DNA from: Hyaloraphidium curvatum SAG 235-1
Taxonomy: Eukaryota; Fungi; Monoblepharomycota
DNA length: 64,000 bases
Direction of reading: 5' to 3'
NCBI GenBank assembly: GCA_025558095.1
Contig: JAIVFI010000010.1
Location: forward strand, 682,001-746,000
Position 1 is the stretch's first letter, and each line of letters starts with the position of its first letter. Of the stretch, positions 46,640 to 58,656 are shown one piece after another. A program made the translations under genes and the position numbers. The notes under the pieces were generated by a model. The model saw nothing but the letters and a program-made list of their open reading frames with translations, ran no database searches and was not told the origin of the DNA.

Positions 46640-48205
46640 CTACAAGTATATCCTGTGGAGGCTCTGCACCGTCTTCCTGCAAAGCGGGCAAGCCTGCCTC
46701 GTCCTGACCGCCCTCGCCTCCATGCACGCGAGGCACAGGATCACGTGGCCGCACGGCAGCGCGACGACGGAGGGGGCCTCGCCCAGACAGATCACGCACT
46801 GCTTCTCGCCCTCGTCGGGCTCGTCGTGGGTGGGGCCGTGTGGTGGCGTCGGTTGGCGAGAGGGAGGGTGAGACGGGGTGCGCCGTGGCGGGGTAGGCGG
46901 GGGAGCGTTGGAGGGGCCGGCTTCGGCGGCCCGCGAGGATTCCATCTGGTCCAGCACCGTCTCGATCGAGATCTCCGGCTGCGACGGGTCCAGCGACATC
47001 GCCCTGATCGTCTCGGCGATGCGGTCCAGGTCGGTGAGCTCCATCGCGATGGCCTGCTCGATGATCATGGCGTGCTCCTCGAGGAGCTCGCCGTCGGCCA
47101 TAGAGGGTTCCGAGGCCGGTCTCGGCGGCGTTGGGGGCCGCGGCGGGTCGGCAAAGGAGACCTGAAAAGACGACTCCTCGTCGACGGATTCCCACTCGTC
47201 CTCCTCGTCCTCATCGTCCTGTGGCGTTGGCGACGGAGCCGATCCTGCTTCCGCTGTTCCATAGCTCTCGTCGCCGTCGTCCAGGACCCCGGTTTCCCAC
47301 AGGTCGCGCCCGGGCAGCTCCCCGAAATCCAGGCCGCCCCTTCGGCAAATCAACCTCTGCATTCGCACACAGGTTTTGAGCTCAGGATCGTCGGGCGCGT
47401 CCCAGAAGGGAAGCAGCGCGTCCGTCGTCCAGCTTCTGGTCTTCATGGAAAGTATCTTCTCCCCAGCGGTCTCGCGCCCGCCACCGTCCCTCCGCGCCGA
47501 AACATCCGCCCCCGCGCGCAGGAGAAGCAGCGCGGAATGCGGGCGCCGGTGGTGCACCGCGACGAGCAGCGGGGTCCGCCCTTCGTTGTCCCTCTCTGCG
47601 AGCTGCGCGCGGTTGGCCTCCTTGCCCTCCGACAGCAGGATCCGCACCAAAGTGCGCATTGCTGGTGGGTCGGCGAACCTGGGCCGCGGCAGCACCCCGT
47701 TGGGCGGGCTGCCGCCCGGGAACGGCCGCTGGAACTTTTCGACATCGGCCTCCGCAGGGAACGCGTCCAGCAGCAGGCTCAGCGGTGTCCGGCCCCGCGC
47801 GTCGCGCGCCCGCAGCAGCTCCGGGTACCGCTCGACGAGCAGGAGGGCGCAGCCGGCCGCGTTCCTGTGGGCCGCCCGATGCAGTAGCGTCCACTGCTCG
47901 CCGTTGGCCGCGGCCCGCACGTCGCCGCGCGACTCGGTGGACACGATCAGGCGGAGGATCGATGGTCGATCATAAATCACCGCGATGTCGGCCGCAGAGT
48001 GGCCCTGGAGCGGCTCATCGAAGAGGAGGCGCCGTCGGAGGTCCGCGGTGGTCCACCCCGCCGTCTCGGTGCCGCCAGAGTCCAGCGCCGATTGCAGCAC
48101 GTCTGGGTGCAATAATGACGAGAGCTCCTCTGCGTTGCCGGTGGCGCAGGCCTCCCATATCTGGGGCGCGAGGAACTTCATGGACGCGTTTGTTGTCTCG
48201 TCCAC
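46640..48205 (-). CDS. Ankyrin-repeat plus C-terminal C3HC4 RING E3 ubiquitin ligase
   Basis: WTLLHRAA, GRTPLSL, EGRTPLLVAV; CVICL...PCGHVILCLAC...CPLCR. True start uncertain (first ATG at 48181). Confidence 0.85.
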   Translation of the reverse strand: MDETTNASMKFLAPQIWEACATGNAEELSSLLHPDVLQSALDSGGTETAGWTTADLRRRLLFDEPLQGHSAADIAVIYDRPSILRLIVSTESRGDVRAAANGEQWTLLHRAAHRNAAGCALLLVERYPELLRARDARGRTPLSLLLDAFPAEADVEKFQRPFPGGSPPNGVLPRPRFADPPAMRTLVRILLSEGKEANRAQLAERDNEGRTPLLVAVHHRRPHSALLLLRAGADVSARRDGGGRETAGEKILSMKTRSWTTDALLPFWDAPDDPELKTCVRMQRLICRRGGLDFGELPGRDLWETGVLDDGDESYGTAEAGSAPSPTPQDDEDEEDEWESVDEESSFQVSFADPPRPPTPPRPASEPSMADGELLEEHAMIIEQAIAMELTDLDRIAETIRAMSLDPSQPEISIETVLDQMESSRAAEAGPSNAPPPTPPRRTPSHPPSRQPTPPHGPTHDEPDEGEKQCVICLGEAPSVVALPCGHVILCLACMEARAVRTRQACPLCRKTVQSLHRIYL

Positions 48206-48715
48206 TGAGTGACGCGCTCGTGGACGGCAGGATGGGCGGATGCGAGCTCATTTGGCCAGGCATACATAACCATTAGCATGCTTTTAACATCGACGCTTGC
48301 CAAAGAGACCATTTCCGGGGGATTGGCGCGGAGACGGCCATCCATACCAGGTCAAGGCGCGGGGAGGCTTCCGCTCAAAGCATCCCGATCCGGGCTCGAT
48401 GGTGAACAAAGCGGTAGGTGACTCAAGCAACTTCATCATGTTCTTCAAGTTTCTCTTGATGGAAATGGCCGATCTATGTTCTTTGGGCGTAAGGCCTGAC
48501 GACGCCACGCCGCCACGGGAGGTGGCAAAAGTGCACTACCGTCTCCCGTCCGACTCGCTCCCGACACCGCTTTCTCCACCCCTCTAGCAGTCGCAGCGGC
48601 CTCCCCTTGCGCTCTGCGTAGGGCCAGTCTCCTCGTTCTTCCTCCCCTGCACTCCGGCGCTCGGCCAAGCCGTCAAACTTGTGCCCCAACGGAACCTGCA
48701 CTCCCGAAGTTTGAA

Positions 48716-50707
48716 ATGGCCTCCCCCGACCTCGTCATCCGCGGCGGCACCGTCGTGGACGGCACCGGCGCCAAGCCGTTCGTCGCCGACGTCGCCGTTA
48801 CCGGCGGCCGCATCTCGGCCGTCGGCCCGAACCTCCCCAAGGGAGCCAAGGAGATCGACGCCCGCGGCAAGCTCGTTACCCCGGGCTTCGTCGACATCCA
48901 CACCCACTGTACGTACCTCCTGACTTCAAGTTGCGATCGCTAACGCCCCGTAGACGACGGCCAGGTTATCTGGGACAACCGGCTCGCCCCCTCGTCGCTC
49001 CACGGCGTGACGACCTGCCTCATGGGCAACTGCGGCGTCGGCTTCGCCCCCGTCCGCAAGGAACAGGTCGGCAAGCTCGTCGAGCTAATGGAGGGGGTCG
49101 AAGATATCCCAGAGGCAGTTCTTACCAACGGGCTGGACTTCTCGTGGGAGTCTTTCCCCGAGTACCTCAACAAGATTTCGGAGAAGAAGCACGACGTCGA
49201 CATCTGCGTGCTCATCCCGCACGCCGCCGTCAGGGTCTACGTCATGGGCGAGCGCGCGGTGAAGCTCGAGGACGCGGAGCCCCGCGACATCGAGCAAATG
49301 CGGCGCATCGTCTCCGAGGCCGTCAAGGCCGGCGCCTTCGGCTTTTCCACCTCGCGCACGCTCAACCACCGCACCGTCAAGGGCGAGCCCACGCCGACCC
49401 TGCGCGCGCAGGAGGCCGAGCTCGAAGGGATCGCCGCCGGGCTGCGCGACGCCGGCGCCGGGCTGATCGGGGTCAACTCGGACTTTGTCGACCCCGCCCA
49501 TGAGTTCGGCCTGCTCCGCCGCGTCTCGGAGCAGTCTGGCAGGCCCCTTCTCTTCCTCCTGGCCGAGGCGCACGACGATCCCAAGCAGAAGTGGCGCCAC
49601 CTGCTCTCGATGGCGGACCAAGCCGCCGCCGAGGGCGTCGCCGTCCGCCCCGTGTTCCCGCCCCGCCCGATCGGCGTCCTCCTCGGCCTCCTCGGCACCC
49701 AAACCCCCTTCACCGCCTGCCCGACCTTCAAGTCGATCGCCCACCTGCCCCTCGAGGAGCGCGTCGCCAGGATGCGCGACCCGGTGGTGCGCAAGGCCAT
49801 CCTCGCCGAGAGGGAAATCACCCCCGGCGTGCTGCGCATGCCGTTCACGCGGATGTGGCTGCTCGGCAACCCGCCCAACTACACGCAGCCCAAGGAGACC
49901 AGCATCGCTGCGATTGCGGAGCGCAAAGGCGTTACGCCCGAGGAGGTCGCTTACGACATGCTTCTCGAGGACGACGGTCGCGCCTTCCTCTATGCTCCTT
50001 TTGCGGGTTACAGTAACTACACGCTCGATGCCGGTACGTCGTTTCACCTTGCACGCGGAACTTTGCCTAAATCGCTCACCGCAGCCGCCGAGATGTTCAA
50101 GCACCCCAACGCCCTCGTCGGCCTCTCGGACGGCGGCGCCCACGTGGGGATGATCATGGACGGAGTACGTGATCGGAGTCTCCTTTTTCGGGGTACCGTA
50201 GCTCACTCCACTCCGCGTTCTGCGCCGACCTGAACTGAACTCTTCAGAGTTTCCCGACCTTCCTCCTCACGCACTGGGGCAAGGAAGTCGGGATGCCGGT
50301 CGAGGAGCTCGTGCGGAGGCAGACCAGCCACACGGCGCACGCCGTGGGGCTCATGGACAGGGGCGTGATCAAGGAGGGGATGAAGGCGGACATCAACGTT
50401 ATCGACTGGTGGGTTGCGTGCATTACGGCGGCTTCCTGCGCGGCTGACGGGGTTCGATAGGGACGCGTTGGCCCTCGAGGCGCCCTGCATCCAGTTCGAC
50501 CTCCCGGCGGGCGGCAAGCGGCTGATGCAGTACGCCAAGGGCTACGAGGCCACGATCGTCTCGGGCGTCGTGACGTACCGCAACGGGCAGCCGACGGGGG
50601 AGCTGCCGGGGACGCTGGTCCGCTGCGAAGGTGGGTTGATGCCGGGAGCGGTCTGGCCAGCTGAACGTTGACGGGCCGTTGCAGTGCCGAGCAAGCCGAT
50701 GATGTAA
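48716..50707 (+). CDS. N-acyl-D-amino-acid deacylase (D-aminoacylase, amidohydrolase family), about 6 exons
   Basis: DLVIRGGTVVDGTG, PGFVDIHTH-YDGQ, HGVTT..MGNCGVGFAP, LSDGGAHV, DRGVIKEGMKADINVID, DLPAGGKRLMQ. Confidence 0.92.
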
Positions 50708-50963
50708 AAAGGTGTCTCACTGGATTGAGTGGAATGGAATGGAGTCCGAGCAATGGATTTTGGAATGCAAGATGTGCCACAGTCGGCAATACATCGTTGG
50801 AAGTGCTCTCGGTGGGGGTGCTCGTGTAACTGGGGCAGCCGATTGCCCCTCTCGTCGAGAGTAATGTCGTGCATGGTGACCGGGAAGCGGGTTTTGGCAG
50901 CTTGCCCAGTACGGAAGTCAAGAGGTTGAGTCGCGGACAAACAAGTACACTTCGCCAGCCAGA

Positions 50964-53133
50964 ATGCTCCCCGGAGCCCTTGTCGGGCCGTCTGTGCGGT
51001 CTTTACGATGGCACGTTGCTCACTGGACCCCGCTTGTGGTCGCCGGGTCCCGCTCGCCGCGACCGGCGCCCCGGTCTTGGCCCCAACGGCGAGCGCAGTC
51101 CTCGACAGTTCCCGCGCGTTCGGCCACGCCGCAGGCCGAATCCGCGGCCGTCATGGACCTCTATCAGGCCTTTGCCAGCGGCCGATTGTCGCCGCAATAC
51201 GGTCGGACGGCGGACACGGTGTGGAACCTCTACCGCAAGGTGGCCTCGGTTGGATCGGCGCTGGCAAAGGTGGACCCAGGCGCGCTCGAGGAAGTGGCAC
51301 GTTTCCTTTCCGAGGCGGCGCTGGAGAAGCAGAAGCGGCTGAAGGATGCGCCCAAGGGGGACCGTATCAGGGAACGGGACGTTGCCGCGCAGGAACTGGA
51401 CCTGGCGGCCGGCAGGCTGAAGCAGCTCGTGGAGGACGCCAGCCGGGCCGGAGTCGCCGTGTCGCCCAAGATTGTGACGCGTTTCTTGAAGGCGGTGGAG
51501 CCCTCCTTGACGTGAGTAGTCTGCCGTCACGGTTCCGTGGTCAATCGTTCGCTCACTTCGGAGCAGAACATACCAAAGGTGCTGGGATGCCGCGACTTTT
51601 CTGGATGATCTTGGGATCGAGCTCAATGCTTATCACCTGGCGTCGTTGCTCCATGTGGTTGCCCAGTCCGGCAACTACACCGCCTTCCTGGCGCTGCTGC
51701 ACGAGCTGGGCGCCGACGAAGGCCGAATCGTGCCGGACGCGCCCCTCGTCAACCTTTTCCTGGGCGCGATCACGCAGGGACGGCCGGGCAGGGCCGAGAA
51801 CTTGGAGGACTACCCGACGGGGCCGTCGTTCGTGGCCGATCTGCGGATTCCCAAGTGGATCTGGATGCTCGATCGGGGCCGGTACGGAGACGTCAAGCTC
51901 GGCGACGGGGAGAAGTTGCCCATCGAGGATGCCAAGGATCCCGCGGAGGCGCTCTCGGCCTATCTGGAGGAGGCTCCGACGTTGTCTATCGCGGACCTGT
52001 GCGCTCCGCCGACCGAGCTGGGCAGCGTGACGTCGGTCGAGAAGGCATTGCAGCTTCTCCGGCTGGTCCTTGCTTCTCACCAGAACGGAAACGCCGAGGT
52101 GCTTACGAGCTACGTGCTGACCAGCTTCGTCGAGGTGTTTCTTCGGGGTCTCCATCCGCGGCTGGCCGGCGCGACCGTGAAGCTTCTGGCCGAAGAGCCT
52201 TACAACGTTCGACCCACGAATGCGATGTTCCTCCTCCTGATCGACGACGCCGGCAAGCGGGGCGACGCCGCGGTCTTGACCTCCCTGTTGGACTTTGTCG
52301 CCGAGCTCGGCGTCGAGCAGGACATCCAGCTCGTGACGGCCACCATGGCGGCGTTTGCCAGGATGGGCAAGACGCGCGAGGCCGCGGCACTCTGGCGTTC
52401 CCTGCCCCGGCTCAACCTCGTCCCGAACGCGATGACCATCTCGGCCTACATCGACATCCGGTTCGGCCCTGCGGCGGGGCAGGTGCCCGACCCGATCGGC
52501 TTTCTCGACGAGCTGCGGTACCTGGGGTACTCGCTCACCGTGCACAACTACACGAAGCTGCTGGCGTTCTTTGCCAAGCGTGGGGACGTCCGGGCCGCGG
52601 ACGCGATCTGGAACCACATGCTGGATGCCGGCGTCGAGCCCGATGGAGTGGCGTTGGCCGCGGTGCTGAACGTCTATTCGAAGCTTCCGCAGGTCGGGCG
52701 TATGATGGAGATTGCGGGGTCGGTTCCGAAGGAGGCCCTCTCGAGCTCCTCCGTTTGGGCCTTCATGGTCCAGGGCCTGGTGCGGACGCACAAGACGCTT
52801 CGGATTCCCGCGAGTGCCAGGGCTGCGGAGGCTCTTTGCGAGGCCGTCGTCCGCGGCCGGACGCTGTCTGCTTCGGATCTGCCGGAGCAGTATCGCGCCA
52901 TGCCCCTGGTCGGCATCGCGCCGCCCCTGCCGGACACCGTCTTCTTCGTCGCCGTTCACATGTTTCTGAGGACGGTGCCGGCGGGGAACGCGATGCTGTT
53001 GGGAGCTTTGCGCGCTTTCCTGGTGGGGAGCGGCGTCAGCGCTGCCAAGGACGCGAGCCTGAACGAGCTCCACGATCTTCTGGTCGTGGATACCAGACGG
53101 ACCAGGAAGAGAAGGGATCGAGAAAGATCGTAG
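50964..53133 (+). CDS. PPR protein, probably mitochondrial; intron about 51512-51566
   Basis: Arg-rich targeting-like N-terminus; PPR motifs such as VHNYTKLLAFFAKRGDVRAADAIWNHMLDAGVEPD. Confidence 0.8.
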
Positions 53134-53243
53134 CTGTAGCTCGCTCGTTGATGAACGGATGAGACTGTCACGAAGCAGTTCGCAAGAGCGGCCGCCTCCG
53201 CCTCCAACGCGTCCTCTGAGCCCGCCGAAAACTTTCCAACGCG

Positions 53244-54680
53244 ATGGCGGACGCGAACGCTCCTCCGCCGCCAAAGTACCGTCCTCCGCCGAGGGCGCCT
53301 ACAGCCGAGGAGCTAAAGGCCGCGAACCCGTTCGCCGCGCCGCCGGGCCCTCCTCCGGGCGCTGCGACTGCCAACGTTTCCTCGCCGCCTCCGCCGCGGC
53401 CCGCGGCCCCTCCCGCGGCGAATCCCGCGCCTGCCCCCGCGTATAGGCCGCCGCCGGGTCCGCCGCCATCGCAGGCGCGCCCGCCGACCACGTATGCGCC
53501 CCCGCCGAGACCGCCGCCCGCTGTGCCCTTCGCGGCACCTCCAGGGCCCCTTCCCGCCCTTGCCGCTGCCCCTCCCGCGGCACCTGCCGTCTATGGATCG
53601 TATCCTTCGCCTTACACCGTCGCAGTCCCGCACCCGTACGCGGCAGTGGCCCCTGGACCGGTGGCGCGCACGCCGATTCCTCCGCTGGAGCAGAACCCCT
53701 ACATCTACCGATCGATGCAGCTCCGCGGGCCCGTGTCTGGCGCTCGCCCGCCCCGGAAAGTGTGCCTGTACATCGGCATCTGCTACTTCAACGGTCGGAG
53801 GCCCCTCAAGGGCTGCATCAACGACGTTTCGGCCATGAGGACCTTCCTGTCCCAGACGTACGGCTTCCCGGCGACGGAGCCCGACTGCCTCTTCCTTGCC
53901 GACTCGGCTCCGGATCCAATGTACCAGCCGACGCGCACCAACATCCTCTGGGCGATGCAGTGGCTCATACACGGTTCCCAAAAGGGCGATTCGCTGATTC
54001 TTCACTTCTCCGGGCACGGTGGCCGGCAAAAGACCGAGGACTACGCCGACGAGCCCGACGGCTACGACGAGACCATCCTCCCTGTCGACCACCTGGTCTC
54101 GGGCGAGATCCTGGACAACGAAATGAACGAGCTGCTCGTCCAGGCCGCTCCGGCCGGCGTCAAGCTCACGGCCATCTTCGACGCCTGCCACTCGGGGTCC
54201 ATACTGGACCTCATGTACGTCCACGACTTTGACGCCGCCGCGGACGAACAGCGCGCGGTCGGGGCCGCGGCAGTCAACACCGCGATCGGGGACCAGATCA
54301 AGGACTCGGCGCCGTACCGGCCGCCTCCCGCTCCGGGATCGACGGCTCCTGCCCAAACTGGCGGCAACGGCGTGCCCCACGTGACGGCCACCCTGGCTTC
54401 CTTCTCCAACAAGGCCCCAGCCTCGCCGACCACCTCCATCACCTGCTTCTCAGCCTCGACGGACTACCAGGAATCGGCCGACACCTGGCTCATCGGCATC
54501 CCCAGCGGTGCCCTGAGCCTGGCCTTCATCTCGGTGCTGGTCGAGGACCCGAGGGGAATGACCTACGCGGAGCTGTTCTGGAGGATCAGGAACTGGCTGG
54601 CCGAAAGGGGTAAGCAGCAGACGGCCATGATCAGCACGTCGGGTTGGAGGGACTTGAACGCGGAGATCTTCAGCCTCTAG
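53244..54680 (+). CDS. MCA1: Type I metacaspase with Pro-rich prodomain
   Basis: LKGCINDV, HFSGHG (catalytic His), DGYDETILPVD, FDACHSG (catalytic Cys). Confidence 0.92.
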   Translation: MADANAPPPPKYRPPPRAPTAEELKAANPFAAPPGPPPGAATANVSSPPPPRPAAPPAANPAPAPAYRPPPGPPPSQARPPTTYAPPPRPPPAVPFAAPPGPLPALAAAPPAAPAVYGSYPSPYTVAVPHPYAAVAPGPVARTPIPPLEQNPYIYRSMQLRGPVSGARPPRKVCLYIGICYFNGRRPLKGCINDVSAMRTFLSQTYGFPATEPDCLFLADSAPDPMYQPTRTNILWAMQWLIHGSQKGDSLILHFSGHGGRQKTEDYADEPDGYDETILPVDHLVSGEILDNEMNELLVQAAPAGVKLTAIFDACHSGSILDLMYVHDFDAAADEQRAVGAAAVNTAIGDQIKDSAPYRPPPAPGSTAPAQTGGNGVPHVTATLASFSNKAPASPTTSITCFSASTDYQESADTWLIGIPSGALSLAFISVLVEDPRGMTYAELFWRIRNWLAERGKQQTAMISTSGWRDLNAEIFSL

Positions 54681-54781
54681 ATTGTAGCGGAGATGGGAAC
54701 TATTTGCTGCCCGGGCCGAGCTTCGTGTTGAGCGGTCGATCTCGCCCCTCGCCACCGGAACCTCCTAATCTCGGAGCGCCA

Positions 54782-56257
54782 ATGACGCCCGTAGAACAGA
54801 AAGCCCACGCGATCCTGTCGAATCTCCGCAGCCTCGACCTCGCCCACCTCCTCGATGGCGGCTCGGGCGCGCTCCCGCCCCACGCCGCCCTCCTCCCGTG
54901 CGCCGCGTCCTCCCCTCTCCTCCGCCTCCTCCGCGCGATGCCGAAAGGAGCGGTGCTCCACGCCCACGGGGATTCCGTGCTTCCCGCCGACTGGGTCGTG
55001 AGGGAAGCGACGTACGACGAGCGGTGCCATTGGCGGTGGACGGAAGCGCTGGCGGGCGGCAAGAGGCCCGAGTTTCGGTTCCTCGCGGGGCCGGTGGAGG
55101 GGTGGGAGCGTGTCCAGGACGCGCGGAGGCGCTGCGAGCGAGGCGCCGACGCGTTCGATGCCGAGCTGGGGGAGCACTTGGTCCTGCCGGGGGATGCGGA
55201 GGAGCTCGCGGTGCTGCGCGGATCCGGGGAGCTCTGGCCCAGGTTCTCCGACTGCTTCCTCATCATGGACGGGCTCTTTTCCCACCTGCCGTTCTTTCGA
55301 CGCTACTTACGGAAGCTGTTTGAGGAGTTTTACGCGGAGGGAGCAAGGCACGTCGAGCTGCGGCTTGTTCCGTTCGTACCGTACGACGTCGACGACCTTG
55401 CCGGATCCCCGCCGTGGACGTTTCGCGATGCCTTGGATGCGGTCGCGGACGTCGAGCTAGACTTCCGAGCGTCGCTGCCTGCCGGATCGCACTTCTCGGC
55501 GAGGGTCATCTACTGCTGCTTGCGGCATTTCACACCCAGTCAAATGCGCAATCATCTGGAAACGGCGCACGAGCTGTCTTCCGCGCGCCTCGGATTGGTC
55601 GGGTTCGACATCATCGGAACTGAACTTCCAGCTCCGGGCCGTCACTCCTCGCTCCGCGACTATCTGCCAGCGCTCGAATCCGGCTTCCCGGCCGGCACAT
55701 CAGCTCTGCAACCGATGCTGCATGTTGGGCAGGCTCTGCCCCCATATCTGCCTGATGAGGCCTCGGAAAACATCTCGCTCGCCCTCCGGCTCGTTCCCCG
55801 CGGATTGGGCCGCCTTTCCCACTGCACCGCTCTTCCCTTCCACAAGGATCTGCCCTCCTTGCTATCCAGCTTCTCGGATTCCGGCATCGCCGTCGAGGTC
55901 CAACCCGTCTCGAACCACGTGCTCCTCGGGGCGCCCCTCGTCCCGGGCGCGGGCCACCTGCCGCTCCTCCTCCGCAGGGGTGTACCCGTGGTTCTCGGGC
56001 CCGACGATCCGGCGATCTGGCGCGTACCGTTCGGGGTGCTGGCCACGTGGGACTGGTTCGTCGCCGTGCTGCTCCAATGGGAATCGATCGGCCTCGATGG
56101 CCTGAAGAGGATGGTGATGGATTCGGTCCGATTCGCCTGCGTGACCGAGGAGGAAAGAGCAACTTTGGGTGGTTCGGTCGAGGAAGAGTGGGCTGCGTGG
56201 GTGCACATGGTCGCCAAACTTGACGATGCGGACGACGAATCGCAGCAGACAAAGTGA
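54782..56257 (+). CDS. Adenosine deaminase-like protein (ADGF/ADA2 type) with HAGE changed to HVGQ
   Basis: MPKGAVLHAH, GFDIIGTE, LHVGQ, RLSH, EVQPVSN, PDDP. Confidence 0.82.
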   Translation: MTPVEQKAHAILSNLRSLDLAHLLDGGSGALPPHAALLPCAASSPLLRLLRAMPKGAVLHAHGDSVLPADWVVREATYDERCHWRWTEALAGGKRPEFRFLAGPVEGWERVQDARRRCERGADAFDAELGEHLVLPGDAEELAVLRGSGELWPRFSDCFLIMDGLFSHLPFFRRYLRKLFEEFYAEGARHVELRLVPFVPYDVDDLAGSPPWTFRDALDAVADVELDFRASLPAGSHFSARVIYCCLRHFTPSQMRNHLETAHELSSARLGLVGFDIIGTELPAPGRHSSLRDYLPALESGFPAGTSALQPMLHVGQALPPYLPDEASENISLALRLVPRGLGRLSHCTALPFHKDLPSLLSSFSDSGIAVEVQPVSNHVLLGAPLVPGAGHLPLLLRRGVPVVLGPDDPAIWRVPFGVLATWDWFVAVLLQWESIGLDGLKRMVMDSVRFACVTEEERATLGGSVEEEWAAWVHMVAKLDDADDESQQTK

Positions 56258-56312
56258 ATGCCAAGATTCATTCCAAAATGAGGCAACTGTACATTCTATA
56301 GACAAAGCATGC

Positions 56313-58329
56313 TCACGCCTTCACTTTGTTCACGCGGAAGTCCATGCTTTCCCGCACGCAAAGCGTCAGCGCGAACCCGTACCGGCCTTCCCGCTTCGCC
56401 GGGTCGGCGTCGAACTTGCCCCACTTCTCGGGCTGGTCCTCGTTGACCAGCTGGAGAGAGAAACGCCGGATGATCTGGGCCATGAAGGTCATGGCCTCCT
56501 GCGTCGCCATGTTCATCCCCAGGCAGATCCGCGGGCCGGCCTTGAACACGGGCCACTTGTACTGGTTCTCCTTCTTCAGGTTGCCGAACTGGTCGATCCA
56601 GCGCTCCGGCTTGAACTCCTCCGCGTCGGGGCCCCAGATGTTCTTCAGGCGGCCCATGACCCAGGGCGAGTACTGGATGCGGTCGCCGGCGTAGACCTTG
56701 ATGCCGGAGCCACTGAGGACGGCGTCTTTGGTGGCGGTGAGGAGGTTGCCGGGGACGTTCTGCGCGGACCGAGTCAGATCACGAAGCAAAGGATCCCGTT
56801 CGAGAAGAACTCACAGCGTAGAGGCGCAGAGTCTCGTTGAACACAGCGTTGGTGTATTTGAGCTCCTTCAAAGTCTCGTAGGTCGGCTCCTTGTCGCCAA
56901 GCACCGAGACCAGCTCCTCGCGGACCTTGCGCTCGACCTCGGGGTGGTTCGCGAGGCAGTAGAAGAGCCAGGTGAGAGTCTGCGCGGTGGTGTCGCGGCC
57001 GGCAATGACGATGTTGGCGACGAAGTCACGGAGCTCGTCGTCCGGGGGAAGACCGCCCTCGAAGTTCTTGGTGACCATGAAGTAGTCCTGCGTACGGAGC
57101 GGGAGCGAAATCGTGAGCGACTGCCCCACTCGACAGATCTCCGAACGGCCGGAACGCACCAGCATGTCCTTCTGCTTGTGCTCGCCCTTTGCGATAGCGG
57201 CCTTCTTCTGTGCGATGATGCCGTCGGCGACACGGCGCATAACCTCCTGGGACTTTCGGAGCTTGGCGTTCTCGCCCGAAAGACGCTCGGTAACCGGCCA
57301 GAAGGGGTTCACGGTGCGCTTGGACACGAGCATGTTCTGCAGTCGCGCGATCAGGCCTTGTGGGACCGACAGCGTTGATCCAACTCACGACGAAGTCGAA
57401 GCTCTCCATGTACTCAACATCGGGGAGTGAGTACTTGCCGTTCTTGATCACGGGCTCCTGCGAGATGCAGCCAAAGTCCGTCCCCATGGCCAGACGTCCG
57501 AACGAATCCAGGGTGCAGCGGAGCAGCAGGTCCTGGAGATCGACCGTGGCGTTGGCGTCGGAGGCCTTCTGGAGGTGGTCGCAGAGGTGGTTGACCTCCT
57601 CGATGAAGTCGCCGCTGAAGACATCGCGGAAGTTCTTGACGTTGAACACGTGCGAGGCCGTCTTGCGCTGCGCGTGCCACCGTTCACCGTCCTGGTGCGC
57701 ACGATCACGGTCAGCAGGGCGATTGGCCGTTCGGCATGCTGAGACCCACAGAGTTGAAAATGCCCCGGCCAAGGAAGTCTCCGAGGTTGTGAATGAAGAG
57801 GTCGCCCTTGATGAAGGCGTACGGGTCCCTGGAACGTCGTGTGAGCACGCGCCGCGCTCGGGAAAAGTGATCAAGGTTACCTCAGAACATCCTCGACATC
57901 TGAACGGCGGGGAGCGAAAATGAGCGTCTTGCTTCTCTTCAAAGAGCAGCTCAATCCCACCTTTCGGGTCCGAGACGGTGATGATGTCCAGCGGGCCGAG
58001 CACGGGGTTCCACAGGGTCTGGCGGAACGGCTTGCCCTCGCCGGCGGCGCGGGTCTTGCGCAGGAACTCCTCCAGGCGGTAGGGCTGCGATTTGCCCATG
58101 GCGAACATGTCGCCGACAAGCGGCTTCGCCTCGGAGGACGAAGGGAGGTCGGGGCGGGCGCGGGTCCCGTAGGCTTTGGCGCAGGAGTCAGACGTCGGCC
58201 CTTTGTCGGCGGGGCGGGAAGCTCACCGCGGTCGCTGTACTTGAAGAAGATGTAGGCGACATAGCCGCCGAGAGCGAGGAGAGCGAGGACGGGGAGCGGG
58301 AGCCCGAGAACCGCGTCGATGAGTCCCAT
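56313..58329 (-). CDS. Cytochrome P450, fatty-acid omega-hydroxylase-like (CYP86/704/52-type motifs), tandem copy 1
   Basis: DGERWHAQRKTASH, AGRDTTA, ETLRLY, FKPERW, FKAGPRICLG. Includes a 19-nt exon at 57881-57899. Confidence 0.93.
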
Positions 58330-58656
58330 GACGGCGCAACCGAATCGGGGCTCAGGGACACGTCGGAGGAGCGGCGGAAGAGCAGAGCCGCCGGAAGATG
58401 GAGAGAGAGCTGCTCGAAACGGTGGCCGCGGCCGCTTTAAACCAAAGTGCCGGTGGAAAGCTCCGAACGAAGTGCAGGGTGTTTCACGTTTCTCCGCGCC
58501 TCGGCGGGATTGGCTCACTCACTCGGGGTCCCTTTGACTCAACCGTCTCCCGCTTGCGAAGCAGACCCAGCACACGGCAAAATCGCGCGATCTATAGAGT
58601 CAATCACTCTGCCAACTACACATCCATGATGAAGCCGCCCCGCTCGCCGCGCTCGT

